A stretch of DNA of 64,000 nucleotides from an uncultured Acidobacteriaceae bacterium (GCA_963699185.1 OY969419.1:6206698-6270697); one strand, 5' to 3'. Positions 20,410-29,495 are shown, counted from the first letter of the stretch. Numbers and translations are program-made. The notes: generated from the letters alone by a model not told the origin.

Positions 20410-21425
20410 CGGCGGAAAGCGTGCCTCAGCGACCGAAGCGGCTCTGTTAGTTTCCACGACCGGGAGTTTAAGACAGATGCCAGGGTCTGTTTGATCGTTT
20501 GCAATTCTTCTTCCTTCTGAGCTAGCGAGAGTCTCAAGCGCAACTCCTCGTCAGACGCCACGGGCTTGGGGGCAGGAAGGCTTGGTGCGCTACCCTCCGA
20601 GGTGGCCTTGCAGTCCGCAACCGATGACGCCGCGCGGCGCCAGCTCTCAACTGTCTGCTCCCGGTCTGTGCACAGTCTTAGAACAGTGACAAACTCCAGT
20701 TGTCCAGGCTCAGTATCGTAGAGTGCCTCGCAAGCAAAGTGGATCAGTCCCCCCGCCGCAGCCTCCGCGAACAGCTCCGCAAACGAACGCGGCGTGAACA
20801 CCCAGCAGTGGACATCGTGGTAGTTACCGTTTGCGATCTGATCTCTCGAAACCCCCATTCCGCCTTGAAGATCGTGTCCCGGAACCCGAGGTAACTCAGC
20901 AGGCAACTTGCCTGCCCAGGCTGCTTGCAGGTCAACCTGCCTCATTGAGATAAAAAAGTCCAGGATCGCGATTGGAATGGGTGTACGAGCCTTCAGCACA
21001 TACGCATTAACTACGTCGCAGAGCCGGCTCTCGCGGCGCAGGTAGTCGAAGGTAAACCGGCGGTCCGGTACTACTAGCCTCAAGCTTCCCCCAGGCCTGA
21101 GAACCGCTTCAATCTCTTCCAGCCACGTAATCACGTCGGGTACATGTTCAATTACGTGCGAGGCGATGACATAATCAGCTTTCTCGCCCTTCAGGCATAC
21201 CTCAAGCGTCTGCTTTCCCCATACAGCATCCACCTCGACAATTTCATCGGTATTTACCGCTGGATCGTCGGCATATTTCTTGCGAAGATACTCGCTATCT
21301 GCATGATCGACGTAGATTATCTTCCCTTCCGACTTGGCGACCGCAGGCCTGCACAGAGGGCCGATCTCTAAGCCGGTGCTGGTAGTAAGATCCAATCCTG
21401 ACAGCAGCTTTTCTCGACGATCCAT
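20406..21425 (-). CDS. Class I SAM-dependent methyltransferase with C-terminal coiled-coil tail
   Basis: 'ADYVIASHVIEHVPD...LRPGGSLRLVVPD'. The C-terminus is 'LRLRLSLAQKEEELQTIKQTLASVLNSRSWKLTEPLRSL'. Its stop overlaps the stop of the convergent 16801..20409 gene (TTAA). Confidence 0.7.
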   Translation of the reverse strand: MDRREKLLSGLDLTTSTGLEIGPLCRPAVAKSEGKIIYVDHADSEYLRKKYADDPAVNTDEIVEVDAVWGKQTLEVCLKGEKADYVIASHVIEHVPDVITWLEEIEAVLRPGGSLRLVVPDRRFTFDYLRRESRLCDVVNAYVLKARTPIPIAILDFFISMRQVDLQAAWAGKLPAELPRVPGHDLQGGMGVSRDQIANGNYHDVHCWVFTPRSFAELFAEAAAGGLIHFACEALYDTEPGQLEFVTVLRLCTDREQTVESWRRAASSVADCKATSEGSAPSLPAPKPVASDEELRLRLSLAQKEEELQTIKQTLASVLNSRSWKLTEPLRSLRHAFRR

Positions 21426-21684
21426 GTTAGGTCACCTGTTCGCCAACGCGATGTTATCTTGCCTTATTTTCACGCACATATACTCTTGCCTGGCTATGGA
21501 ACTTGGTCGGACAAATTTGATATGCACGAGTTAGCGTGGCATTTAAAGCCGGTTTTACGGTATATGTTTGCAGAATGTTTGCAGGCTGGTTTTCTTCTCA
21601 AGAGCGGTAAAAGCACCTATGACCCCCGGTTAACAGTTGATATGGGACTCGAAGACCATGTGCAACCATAGTAGTGGGTATTCC

Positions 21685-22578
21685 CTAGTTTGGTTTTCTG
21701 CAAAGAATCAAATCTTGACGGTTCGCAATCCCCTTCTTGATAACTTTCTCAATTTCAAAGACCTTGCTCCAATGCCTGTGAATATAATCTTCCGTATGGA
21801 ATGACGTTTGATAAAACTCCGGCAACCCTTCCGTTTTGTTGCCTACTGAGTAATAAAAGCCATTTTCTCGAAGCTGCTCCTTGTTTTCTTCCGAGGAATC
21901 CTGCAATAATTCCTCACTATGTGTGGTTAGAAGCAGATAACCGCCTCGTCTAGTTACGCGTCGAAGCTCTTCAAGCCATGCAAGTTCCATGTCTTCAGGC
22001 AAATGCGTAAATATCGATATGGAATAGACAAATTCAAACATATCGTCAGCAAATGGTAAGGGTGGCGAATCTTTGTTTGCGATAAAAGCCCCTATTTGCG
22101 ACAAGTGATGTTGGCACCATACTATTGCTTCTTCATCTATGTCCGTTCCATATAATCTAGTTTGCGCATATAATTTACGGAAATATCTAATAATACGACC
22201 ACAACCACATCCAAAGTCCAACACACGATGTTGCTCACCTAATTCAATTATTGAGTTGATTGAAGAATAAATATTAAACGATACCATTCTTCCAATGATC
22301 TCGAAGGCTGTAAGATCGACATTGCCATGAACTCTTTGTCGTAGATGGTCGGGAGGGATATACTCCGGAGGAACTGATCTCAGGAAATCCTCCATAGGCC
22401 CTTTAAGCGCGTTATAAAGCTCAGGTGCGACACCAGGGCGATGTTCACGGAAGCCATGATAAATGTAATGCTCCAAACCGCAGGAAATAGAGCCGCCTTT
22501 AATAGCTTCCAATACATCGGGATTCAATTGTAAATATGTTACTTCATCAAAACTCTGAAAGGGGTGTTTCATTATCAT
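21685..22578 (-). CDS. Class I SAM-dependent methyltransferase
   Basis: Motif I 'RVLDFGCGCGRIIRYF' and 'VYSISIFTHLPED...RRGGYLLLTTH'. The ATG at 22578 was chosen to avoid overlap with the upstream gene. The DNA is visibly AT-richer than its surroundings. Confidence 0.7.
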   Translation of the reverse strand: MIMKHPFQSFDEVTYLQLNPDVLEAIKGGSISCGLEHYIYHGFREHRPGVAPELYNALKGPMEDFLRSVPPEYIPPDHLRQRVHGNVDLTAFEIIGRMVSFNIYSSINSIIELGEQHRVLDFGCGCGRIIRYFRKLYAQTRLYGTDIDEEAIVWCQHHLSQIGAFIANKDSPPLPFADDMFEFVYSISIFTHLPEDMELAWLEELRRVTRRGGYLLLTTHSEELLQDSSEENKEQLRENGFYYSVGNKTEGLPEFYQTSFHTEDYIHRHWSKVFEIEKVIKKGIANRQDLILCRKPN

Positions 22579-22615
22579 AGGATCACTTAGTTGAACTTCA
22601 AAAAGGAAATGTGGG

Positions 22616-24706
22616 TTAAAGATCTCTAGATAGCTGAGAGAGCATTCCGGGAGATGAGAGTGATGAATATCCAATATAGAGTCCCGAGCCAATAAATACG
22701 ATCAAAAATGGCGATGCTGGTGAACAGTAATGTAGAAAATACGTAGAGAACGAGGTCGCATCAATATAAGCCAACAGCATAATTCTGCTGATTACCGCCG
22801 TCAGGCTTCCGATGGCCAAAGCAAGCAACGCGAGAGACGGTCTGTGCCGCCGGAATCTCACAATCGCGACTAGCACCCCTATCGCCGCTAGAACAGTAAG
22901 ACCGCGAGAAGTTTTGGCATATACCTTGCCAATCAGCGATCCAATCCGCTGTTGTTTCGCCCGTCGACGTTCACCAAACGAACTGGAGGCGTCATCGGCG
23001 GAGGCGTGCTCAATATACAGAATCAACTCCGGCGTGTTAATAGGAGCTCCGCTTACGAGTTTTCCGAATGGAATCAGAACCTGTCCGGCACGTGACTCGA
23101 TGGCCAGGTCGCATTCCAGAACGGGACAATCCGATTCAATCGTGAATCGCACGGACTTCAGATCAGGGAGCACTGCGGCCACGTCGGGGGCCGGTGAAGT
23201 AGTAATGGATTGCTTTAGCTCTCGCTTCGTGTAAGTAACAATCTTCAACGTGGGCACCTCGAAACGGCCGGCCACCCACCCGCTCGCTCTTCCCAGCGGA
23301 AAGTCCTGTACGGTTCCTCCCAGGGGCGGTGACAGATTCTCGTCGGTGATGTCCGCGAAAGTCGCGAGCCCCTGAGGTGATCCGATACTGGGTACGGCAC
23401 CTACCTCTCCCTTTCCCATGTCGAAGACCATGCTGGCCAGCCCCTTGGCACTGTCCAAGGCTTCACGCGCGTATTCCCAGTGGAAGGGAGGCATAAAGGT
23501 TTCCCGCAGTGGCTGGCACCGAATCTTGCCCAAGTCGCACGCACTATTGATCTCAGTCGCAATCCTTGAGTAAAATGCCTCTGATTCTTTCGCTGAACGA
23601 TAGTGCCCCGCTCCGGAAGCGGCGTCGCGCATTGCCCACATGAACCAGGATTGCTGGTCGCAAGGCGGGGGGATGGGGTGCGTAGAACATCCTAAGGCAG
23701 CCCAGCCATGTGCTTGTCCGTCCTCAAGTGAACTCGAAAGCTCTCTCGCTGCGGCACTCACTTCGTATGCCTTCTGCCTCGCGTCAAGCGGAATGGGAAC
23801 GAATCGCCGGAAATGACTCCTCTCAATACGCGCCAGTGCACCGTATGCCTTTACAAAGCCGCCGGAGCGAAACTCATTAGTACGAAAAACGCCGTAATAA
23901 TGCCAGTTGAGAACAGCTATTGACCCGACGGCAAGAAGACAGACTACGCCTCCCACCAGTAAAGGCAGTACGATTGGCCGCCACTCCTTCCACAATGCGT
24001 TGTTCTCTACGGAAGTGGTAAATCGGGTTTTCCGCTCGACGAAAACCTTAGCTGCCCCAAATGCGATAAGTATCATGCACGCAGGAAGGAGCCATACACT
24101 TTCTTCCCGGGTTAGCCAAAAAGCCCCCCAGACTAGCCCGAAGCCCAGCCCTAGCAATGCGTTGCGTTGCAACTTACGAAGCTCGGGAAAGCTGATGAGT
24201 ACAACTAGCCCAAACAGGCATAACGAAAGGGCGGTGTACAAGCTCTCTCGGGAGACGCGGGCAAGCCACGGATGCCAGAGAACAGGATTCAATGCCAACC
24301 CAACAAACGTCAGCAATCCTACCCAGCGGCGGCGTGCGGCGCGGGCCGTCACGAATGCCGTAATACCCGATGCCGCTAAATAGATCAGTTGCTCGGCAAT
24401 CTTTAAGGGGATCGAGGCGACAAACGCCACGGCGATGAAAAGCGGATAGAACATTCCCTTGCTGAGGGTCATCTTGTCATAGGGTCCTAACCACTGACCG
24501 GCCAGCAGGTAATTGGCCGTGCGCAGAAAGAACTGGTCATCGTGGACCGCAACGGAGGCAGCAACCAGGGGTATCCCCGCCCGTATCCACAAACTGACAA
24601 GGCAGACGATCGCTGCCACCAAGATCGTTGTCTTGTACGAGATATCGCGTACCGGGGCAACTGCCTGCCGCTCGACTGCCGTTGTGTATTCCGTTCGAAA
24701 CGTCAT
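22616..24706 (-). CDS. Large polytopic membrane protein with a ~330-aa extracytoplasmic domain, possible GT-C-like glycosyltransferase
   Basis: The ATG at 24706 has GGAG 6 nt upstream. The N-terminal half has ~9 hydrophobic helices and an acidic first loop 'VAVHDDQFF'. A soluble domain follows, then two C-terminal helices. No recognised catalytic motif was found. Confidence 0.4.
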   Translation of the reverse strand: MTFRTEYTTAVERQAVAPVRDISYKTTILVAAIVCLVSLWIRAGIPLVAASVAVHDDQFFLRTANYLLAGQWLGPYDKMTLSKGMFYPLFIAVAFVASIPLKIAEQLIYLAASGITAFVTARAARRRWVGLLTFVGLALNPVLWHPWLARVSRESLYTALSLCLFGLVVLISFPELRKLQRNALLGLGFGLVWGAFWLTREESVWLLPACMILIAFGAAKVFVERKTRFTTSVENNALWKEWRPIVLPLLVGGVVCLLAVGSIAVLNWHYYGVFRTNEFRSGGFVKAYGALARIERSHFRRFVPIPLDARQKAYEVSAAARELSSSLEDGQAHGWAALGCSTHPIPPPCDQQSWFMWAMRDAASGAGHYRSAKESEAFYSRIATEINSACDLGKIRCQPLRETFMPPFHWEYAREALDSAKGLASMVFDMGKGEVGAVPSIGSPQGLATFADITDENLSPPLGGTVQDFPLGRASGWVAGRFEVPTLKIVTYTKRELKQSITTSPAPDVAAVLPDLKSVRFTIESDCPVLECDLAIESRAGQVLIPFGKLVSGAPINTPELILYIEHASADDASSSFGERRRAKQQRIGSLIGKVYAKTSRGLTVLAAIGVLVAIVRFRRHRPSLALLALAIGSLTAVISRIMLLAYIDATSFSTYFLHYCSPASPFLIVFIGSGLYIGYSSLSSPGMLSQLSRDL

Positions 24707-25086
24707 CTTAGACTCCGGCGCCGAAGTAGCCGCCAACGACACCCTTTCCTCTCGTCCAAAATCATATATGATTTTGGACGGACGCAGTGGGTCGGTCAGA
24801 TCCATTGCTAGGTGCCCGGAGAGAGTCCTAGTGCAGCTCGAGCACCCGAACGGTCCGTCTTTCTCGATCGCAGCTCGACGTCCATGAGAAGGGCTTAAGC
24901 GACGGCAGTCTTTTTCCCGCATCGAGATATTGCTGCAAGTTCGCGCGTCTCAGAATGGCAGTATCCGCCATTCAAACCGCAGTCCCCGCTATTCTGCCTC
25001 TTCGAGCTTGGATTTGTTACCATTAAGATGTTCAGGTTTACGCGCGGGTTCATGCCAGCAATTAGCTCGGTTCGTCCGCCCTGGAG

Positions 25087-25872
25087 TTGCACGACTTGAG
25101 AGAACTTGTTGTTGAAACGTACCGCTATCGCGAGTTGATATGGGCCCTTGCCCTCAAGGAACTGAAGATTCGCTACAAGCGGTCGGTGCTGGGGTTCATG
25201 TGGGCCTTGCTGAACCCGGCCCTGATGATGCTGGTGATGAGCGTGGTGTTCTCCACCATCATGCGCTTTAACATACCGAACTATGCTATTTTCCTGCTTA
25301 GCGTGCTGTTGCCGTGGACTTTTTTTTCGCAGTCCTTAAGTTACGCGACGGAATCGATTGTTAGCAACGGCGAACTGATTAAGAAAGTTTCGGTACCCAA
25401 GTTGGTGTTCCCGGTTGCCGCCGTGGTTTCAAACATCATCAATCTGCTGTTGTCCTTCCTACCTCTGGCGCTTCTCGTCGTAGGAATGCGACATCCGTTT
25501 TACAAGACCTGGCTGTTCCTTCCGGTTCCGATGCTGGCGCTCGTCATCTTTACGCTGGGGGTAACGTTCTTCTGCGCCGCCGCCAACGTGTATTACCGCG
25601 ACGTGGCCCATATTGTGCAGGTAGTCCTGGCAGCATGGTTTTATTTCACTCCGATTATCTACTCGCTTGACTTAATCCCGCCTGATCGGCGGTGGCTCTT
25701 CAAGCTGAATCCCATTATTTATGTGATCAATGGATTCCGCCTCGCGGTTTACAACGGCATTCTGCCCAGGTGGCAGTCGGTTGCTGCCTCGTTTGCCTGC
25801 GCATTCCTTGCGTTGTTTATCGGTTTCGCGATTTTCCGCAAATACCAGGACGAGTTTGTGTTCTATGTCTGA
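25087..25872 (+). CDS. wzm: ABC-2 type polysaccharide exporter permease
   Basis: 'YRYRELIWALALKELKIRYKRSVLGFMWALLNP' is the typical Wzm/TagG N-terminus. Six hydrophobic helices follow. Confidence 0.9.
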   Translation: MHDLRELVVETYRYRELIWALALKELKIRYKRSVLGFMWALLNPALMMLVMSVVFSTIMRFNIPNYAIFLLSVLLPWTFFSQSLSYATESIVSNGELIKKVSVPKLVFPVAAVVSNIINLLLSFLPLALLVVGMRHPFYKTWLFLPVPMLALVIFTLGVTFFCAAANVYYRDVAHIVQVVLAAWFYFTPIIYSLDLIPPDRRWLFKLNPIIYVINGFRLAVYNGILPRWQSVAASFACAFLALFIGFAIFRKYQDEFVFYV

Positions 25873-26659
25873 GCCTCAGCTCATCGACAACTCAGTGGTC
25901 GTCAGAGTTGAAAACGTCACGCAGCGGTTCCGTGTCACACACGAACGTCCTGATTCACTGCGCGAGCTTTTTTCCACGTTTCTTCGCCATACCGTGAGTT
26001 ACCACGTTCTCGATGCCGTCAAGGACGTATCGCTCGAAGTGCCCCGAGGCCAAATGTTGGGATTGATCGGTCGTAACGGCTCGGGCAAGAGTACGTTGTT
26101 GAAAATCATCGCCGGCGTTTACAAACCCACGGCCGGGCGGGTCAGCGTACAGGGAAAAATCGCGCCGCTGATCGAGTTGGGTGCCGGGTTCCATCACGAA
26201 CTGACAGGACGCGAAAATATCCTGCTGAACGGACTGCTTATGGGTTATTCCAAGGAGGAGATGCGTGAGCGGGAACAGAGCATCATTGATTTCGCTGAAA
26301 TTGGCGATTTCATCGACGCTCCCATCAAACAGTATTCCTCAGGCATGCACACTCGGCTGGCGTTTGCAGTTGCCACCGAAGTAGATCCCCAGGTCCTTAT
26401 TTTGGACGAAATCCTTGCCGTGGGCGATGACGCGTTTCAGCAGAAGTGCTTCGCGCGCATTCAGAACTTCCGACAGGCCGGGAAGACGATCCTTTTCGTG
26501 TCGCATGCCATGCAGTCCGTCATTCGCTTTTGTGATCGTTCGATCCTGCTGGAAAATGGATCGATTGTGGCGGATGGCGATCCCACCGAGGTAGCCGCGG
26601 TCTATCACAACCTGTTGTCCACCCCCCTTCACCCTCTGGTCCACGCTGGCGCCGAATAG
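25865..26659 (+). CDS. wzt: ABC polysaccharide exporter ATP-binding protein, short form without a C-terminal carbohydrate-binding module
   Basis: Walker A 'GRNGSGKST', signature 'YSSGMHTRL', Walker B 'LILDEILAVGD' and H-loop 'FVSHAM'. The ATG at 25865 overlaps the wzm stop (ATGTCTGA). The protein ends ~45 aa after the H-loop. Confidence 0.9.
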   Translation: MSEPQLIDNSVVVRVENVTQRFRVTHERPDSLRELFSTFLRHTVSYHVLDAVKDVSLEVPRGQMLGLIGRNGSGKSTLLKIIAGVYKPTAGRVSVQGKIAPLIELGAGFHHELTGRENILLNGLLMGYSKEEMREREQSIIDFAEIGDFIDAPIKQYSSGMHTRLAFAVATEVDPQVLILDEILAVGDDAFQQKCFARIQNFRQAGKTILFVSHAMQSVIRFCDRSILLENGSIVADGDPTEVAAVYHNLLSTPLHPLVHAGAE

Positions 26660-26791
26660 TGGGCAATAATTTACTTGACACACTGACGTTACGGCGACAA
26701 TCTCAGTCGGACTCTCACCTATGTGCGGGGCGCAGGCAAGTGTGCGACCTGGCTAGCGGGTTAGGGTTAGCTACAACTAGCGGGGGAAGTC

Positions 26792-27514
26792 ATGGCGAGC
26801 GGCTTCACGGCGCACAACATCAGGCTTGACGACGGATCTTTCACCAAGCCGGAGCAGCCCTGGCAGATGGAAGATCTCGTGCTGCTTAAGTTCACCAGGC
26901 AATTCCTGCGGATACTGTTTCCGGATGGCGTCGCCGGCAAACGGATTGTTGATCTTGGGTGCCTCGAGGGTGGCTATACCGTCGAACTGGCGCGTGCTGG
27001 TTTCGATGCGCTGGGCATCGAGGTTCGGCAGAATAATTTTGAGAATTGTCAGCGAGTCAAAGCGGGGACCAATCTGCCCAACCTGACTTTCGCATGTGAT
27101 GATGTCCACAACTTGGCGAAGTACGGTGTCTTCGATGTGGTTTTCTGCTGCGGCCTCCTTTACCACTTGGATGAGCCGCGCAAATTCGTCGACCTGATGG
27201 CGCAAGTGTGCCGGCGGGTCGTCATTATCGATACCCACGTCGCGAATACCCAGCCCAACGATAAGTTTGAGCTTTCCGAAATAACCGAGAATGAGGGTTG
27301 GGCTGGACGGTGGTTTTCCGAGTTCGACGACGACCATGCGCGGCATACGGACAAGTGGTCAGCCTGGAGCAATCGGAAATCATTCTGGCCGATGAAGCGA
27401 GACTTGATGCAAGGGTTGTTTCAAGCGGGGTTCACCATGGTTCTGGAATCCCCCACCTTCGAACCCTACCTCGAACTCACCCACAGAGTGACGATCGTCG
27501 CCTTGAAGGATTGA
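26792..27514 (+). CDS. Class I SAM-dependent methyltransferase (DUF1698/CmoB-like fold)
   Basis: 'KRIVDLGCLEGGYTVELARAGFDALGIE' and 'FDVVFCCGLLYHLDEP'. Confidence 0.7.
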   Translation: MASGFTAHNIRLDDGSFTKPEQPWQMEDLVLLKFTRQFLRILFPDGVAGKRIVDLGCLEGGYTVELARAGFDALGIEVRQNNFENCQRVKAGTNLPNLTFACDDVHNLAKYGVFDVVFCCGLLYHLDEPRKFVDLMAQVCRRVVIIDTHVANTQPNDKFELSEITENEGWAGRWFSEFDDDHARHTDKWSAWSNRKSFWPMKRDLMQGLFQAGFTMVLESPTFEPYLELTHRVTIVALKD

Positions 27515-27718
27515 CCGTAGGCCTTCGACTAGCAGCAGCAGCGGCCCGTTCGCTTGTGATGTTGGACACTCCGCAATGGCCGGTGGTTCGCCGAATGCGC
27601 ACGTGATAGTTGTGCGCCAAGTAAGTTGTTACCAAAACTAGGACGTTAACTGACTCCTCGCGATCACTGCGTGGGCGGCACGCGAACCGCCCAGCCGAAC
27701 CTTACCGCGCGCACATTC

Positions 27719-28390
27719 CTAACGTACCGCGCTGTCCGCCAGTCCGTTCATGCCGCGCAACAATTCACGCTGCTGATCGTCGAAGCTGTTGCGGAACTCG
27801 TCCGAGTTCATATATTGCGCGCGCTGCTCGGGCGTCATGTTGCGCAGTTTGTGGTACGCCTGCGACAACTGTGTCTTCTGGTCGGGTGGCAGACTGTGAT
27901 ACTGCTGAAAAAGGGTACGCGCCTCTGCCTGCTTTTCCGGAGGTAGGTGTTCATACGTCTCCATCCGGTTGAGGATCGCCTGCTGCTTATTCGGAGGCAG
28001 GCTGTTAAAGGAACGCAACCGGTTGAGCAGGTGCTCCTGCTTGTCGGCAGGCAGCGACTTGAACACCGGATCTTGTTCCAGTGTCTTCTCCTGCTGGCTC
28101 GGCGAAAGCCTGAAGTATTTGCGCAGCCAGTCTCCATTGTGCGGCCCGGGCCCTTTGAGGTGCATCTGCGCGCCACCGCTTGCCGGCTGCGGAACAGCAC
28201 CGGGGTTCATCGGGCGGGCCTGCGCAAGCATATCGAACGGCACCTGGTCGCCGGCTTGCGGCAACGGTGTTGTAGCAGCAGTCGGCGGCTGCTTGCGCTT
28301 AGGCCAGAGCGCCGTGGCTGACGCCGACAACGTGCTCAAAGCCACTACGAAAGCGATCAGGATGGAAGACGGCGCGCGCATAGCTTTCAA
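27719..28390 (-). CDS. Secreted DUF3106-like repeat protein
   Basis: Signal peptide 'MKAMRAPSSILIAFVVALSTLSASA'. Repeated 'LP(P/A)xKQ / TPEQR' helical motifs. Co-operonic with the anti-sigma and ECF sigma genes. Confidence 0.6.
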   Translation of the reverse strand: MKAMRAPSSILIAFVVALSTLSASATALWPKRKQPPTAATTPLPQAGDQVPFDMLAQARPMNPGAVPQPASGGAQMHLKGPGPHNGDWLRKYFRLSPSQQEKTLEQDPVFKSLPADKQEHLLNRLRSFNSLPPNKQQAILNRMETYEHLPPEKQAEARTLFQQYHSLPPDQKTQLSQAYHKLRNMTPEQRAQYMNSDEFRNSFDDQQRELLRGMNGLADSAVR

Positions 28391-28860
28391 TTGGTTTCAG
28401 TCTGGTTGTCGTCCAGAGCGTCAAAGTCAGAAAACAGGTCAGCGTTGTTGTCCAGATATTGCAGGTCAGTGACGGCGTTGGTGCTCACTACGGTGCCGGC
28501 ATTGTTGGCCAGTCTATCCTGATGGTCCGTTTTCCAATGCGCACCTTCGAGCAAGCCGACGCCGACCGCAAGCAACGCGGCCGCAGCCGTCATTACCGCC
28601 GGACGCCGTATCCACGCCAGCCAGCCGACGCTTTGCGTGGCGTGCTCCTCACGCATGCGCGCCCGCAAGCGCGCAGAGAAATACGGTGACGGCTCCGGCG
28701 TCTGCCAATCGTCCAGCAACACCATCGTCTGGCGCAGCGACGCTACTTCCTCGGCACAGGCTGAACACGTTGTCAGATGCTCCCGCACCGCAGGAGTAGC
28801 CAGTTCCGGCCCGTTCAGCACCGACTCCATCAACTGTTCGCGAATGTTCAAGCACTTCAT
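28387..28860 (-). CDS. Anti-sigma factor (zf-HC2 type) with one transmembrane helix
   Basis: N-terminal 'C..REQL...H...C..C' (HxxxCxxC) motif and a central hydrophobic helix. ATGA overlap with the downstream gene. Confidence 0.75.
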   Translation of the reverse strand: MKCLNIREQLMESVLNGPELATPAVREHLTTCSACAEEVASLRQTMVLLDDWQTPEPSPYFSARLRARMREEHATQSVGWLAWIRRPAVMTAAAALLAVGVGLLEGAHWKTDHQDRLANNAGTVVSTNAVTDLQYLDNNADLFSDFDALDDNQTETN

Positions 28861-28886
28861 GACCGCACCCTGCTTCCTGCAACTGC

Positions 28887-29495
28887 TTATATAAACTTTT
28901 TCAGTGTCTCCCGCAGCGTCTCGTACGCCCGGAACAACAACGATTTCGTGGCCGACTCGCTCAAATTCAGTACTGCCGCAATCTGCTTGTAATCCATGTT
29001 CTGGTACTTGTGCATGAGCACCGCCGCGCGCTGCCGTTCGGGTAGCGCCTCAACTTCCCGCCGGATCGCCGCCAGTCTCTCCCGGCGAAGCATGACCTGC
29101 TCGGCATTCAATCCGCGGTCCGCGACATCCACCGTCATTCCGGTTTCTGTGTCAGGCTCGTCGATGTTGACCGTGTTCTCCGGCCGCTCGTGCCTGGTGT
29201 CGCGCGCGTGATTCACCGCCAGGTTGGTCGCAATGCGATACAGCCATGTAGTGAACTTTGCGCTCGCCGCGTAAGTCTGTCGCGAACGGTACACCCGCAA
29301 GAACACTTCCTGCGCCAGCTCTTCTGCCACCGCCTGGTTTCGCGTCATGCGGTACATAAAGCTGTTCATCGGACGCCGGAATTTTTCCACCAGGTAGTCG
29401 AATGCGGCGTCGTCTCCCGCGGCCACGCGCAGCATGACCTCGGCATCGCTCAGCATCTCCAGAATCGGGGTCTCACCCACGGATGCCCGCGCCAT
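28887..29495 (-). CDS. ECF-type RNA polymerase sigma-70 family factor
   Basis: Region 2 'FDYLVEKFRRPMNSFMYRMTRNQAVAEELAQEVFLRVY' and region 4 'LPERQRAAVLMHKYQNMDYKQIAAVLNLSESATKSLLFRA'. The ATG at 29495 has GGAG 9 nt upstream. Longer forms (ATG at 29705 or 29855) are possible. Confidence 0.8.
   Translation of the reverse strand: MARASVGETPILEMLSDAEVMLRVAAGDDAAFDYLVEKFRRPMNSFMYRMTRNQAVAEELAQEVFLRVYRSRQTYAASAKFTTWLYRIATNLAVNHARDTRHERPENTVNIDEPDTETGMTVDVADRGLNAEQVMLRRERLAAIRREVEALPERQRAAVLMHKYQNMDYKQIAAVLNLSESATKSLLFRAYETLRETLKKFI

Noticed and set aside
27671-27695. Hairpin tgggcgg/ccgccca downstream of the DUF3106-like gene as an intrinsic terminator
   Set aside because: It has a 7-bp stem but no U-tract on the relevant (minus) strand, which is insufficient evidence.
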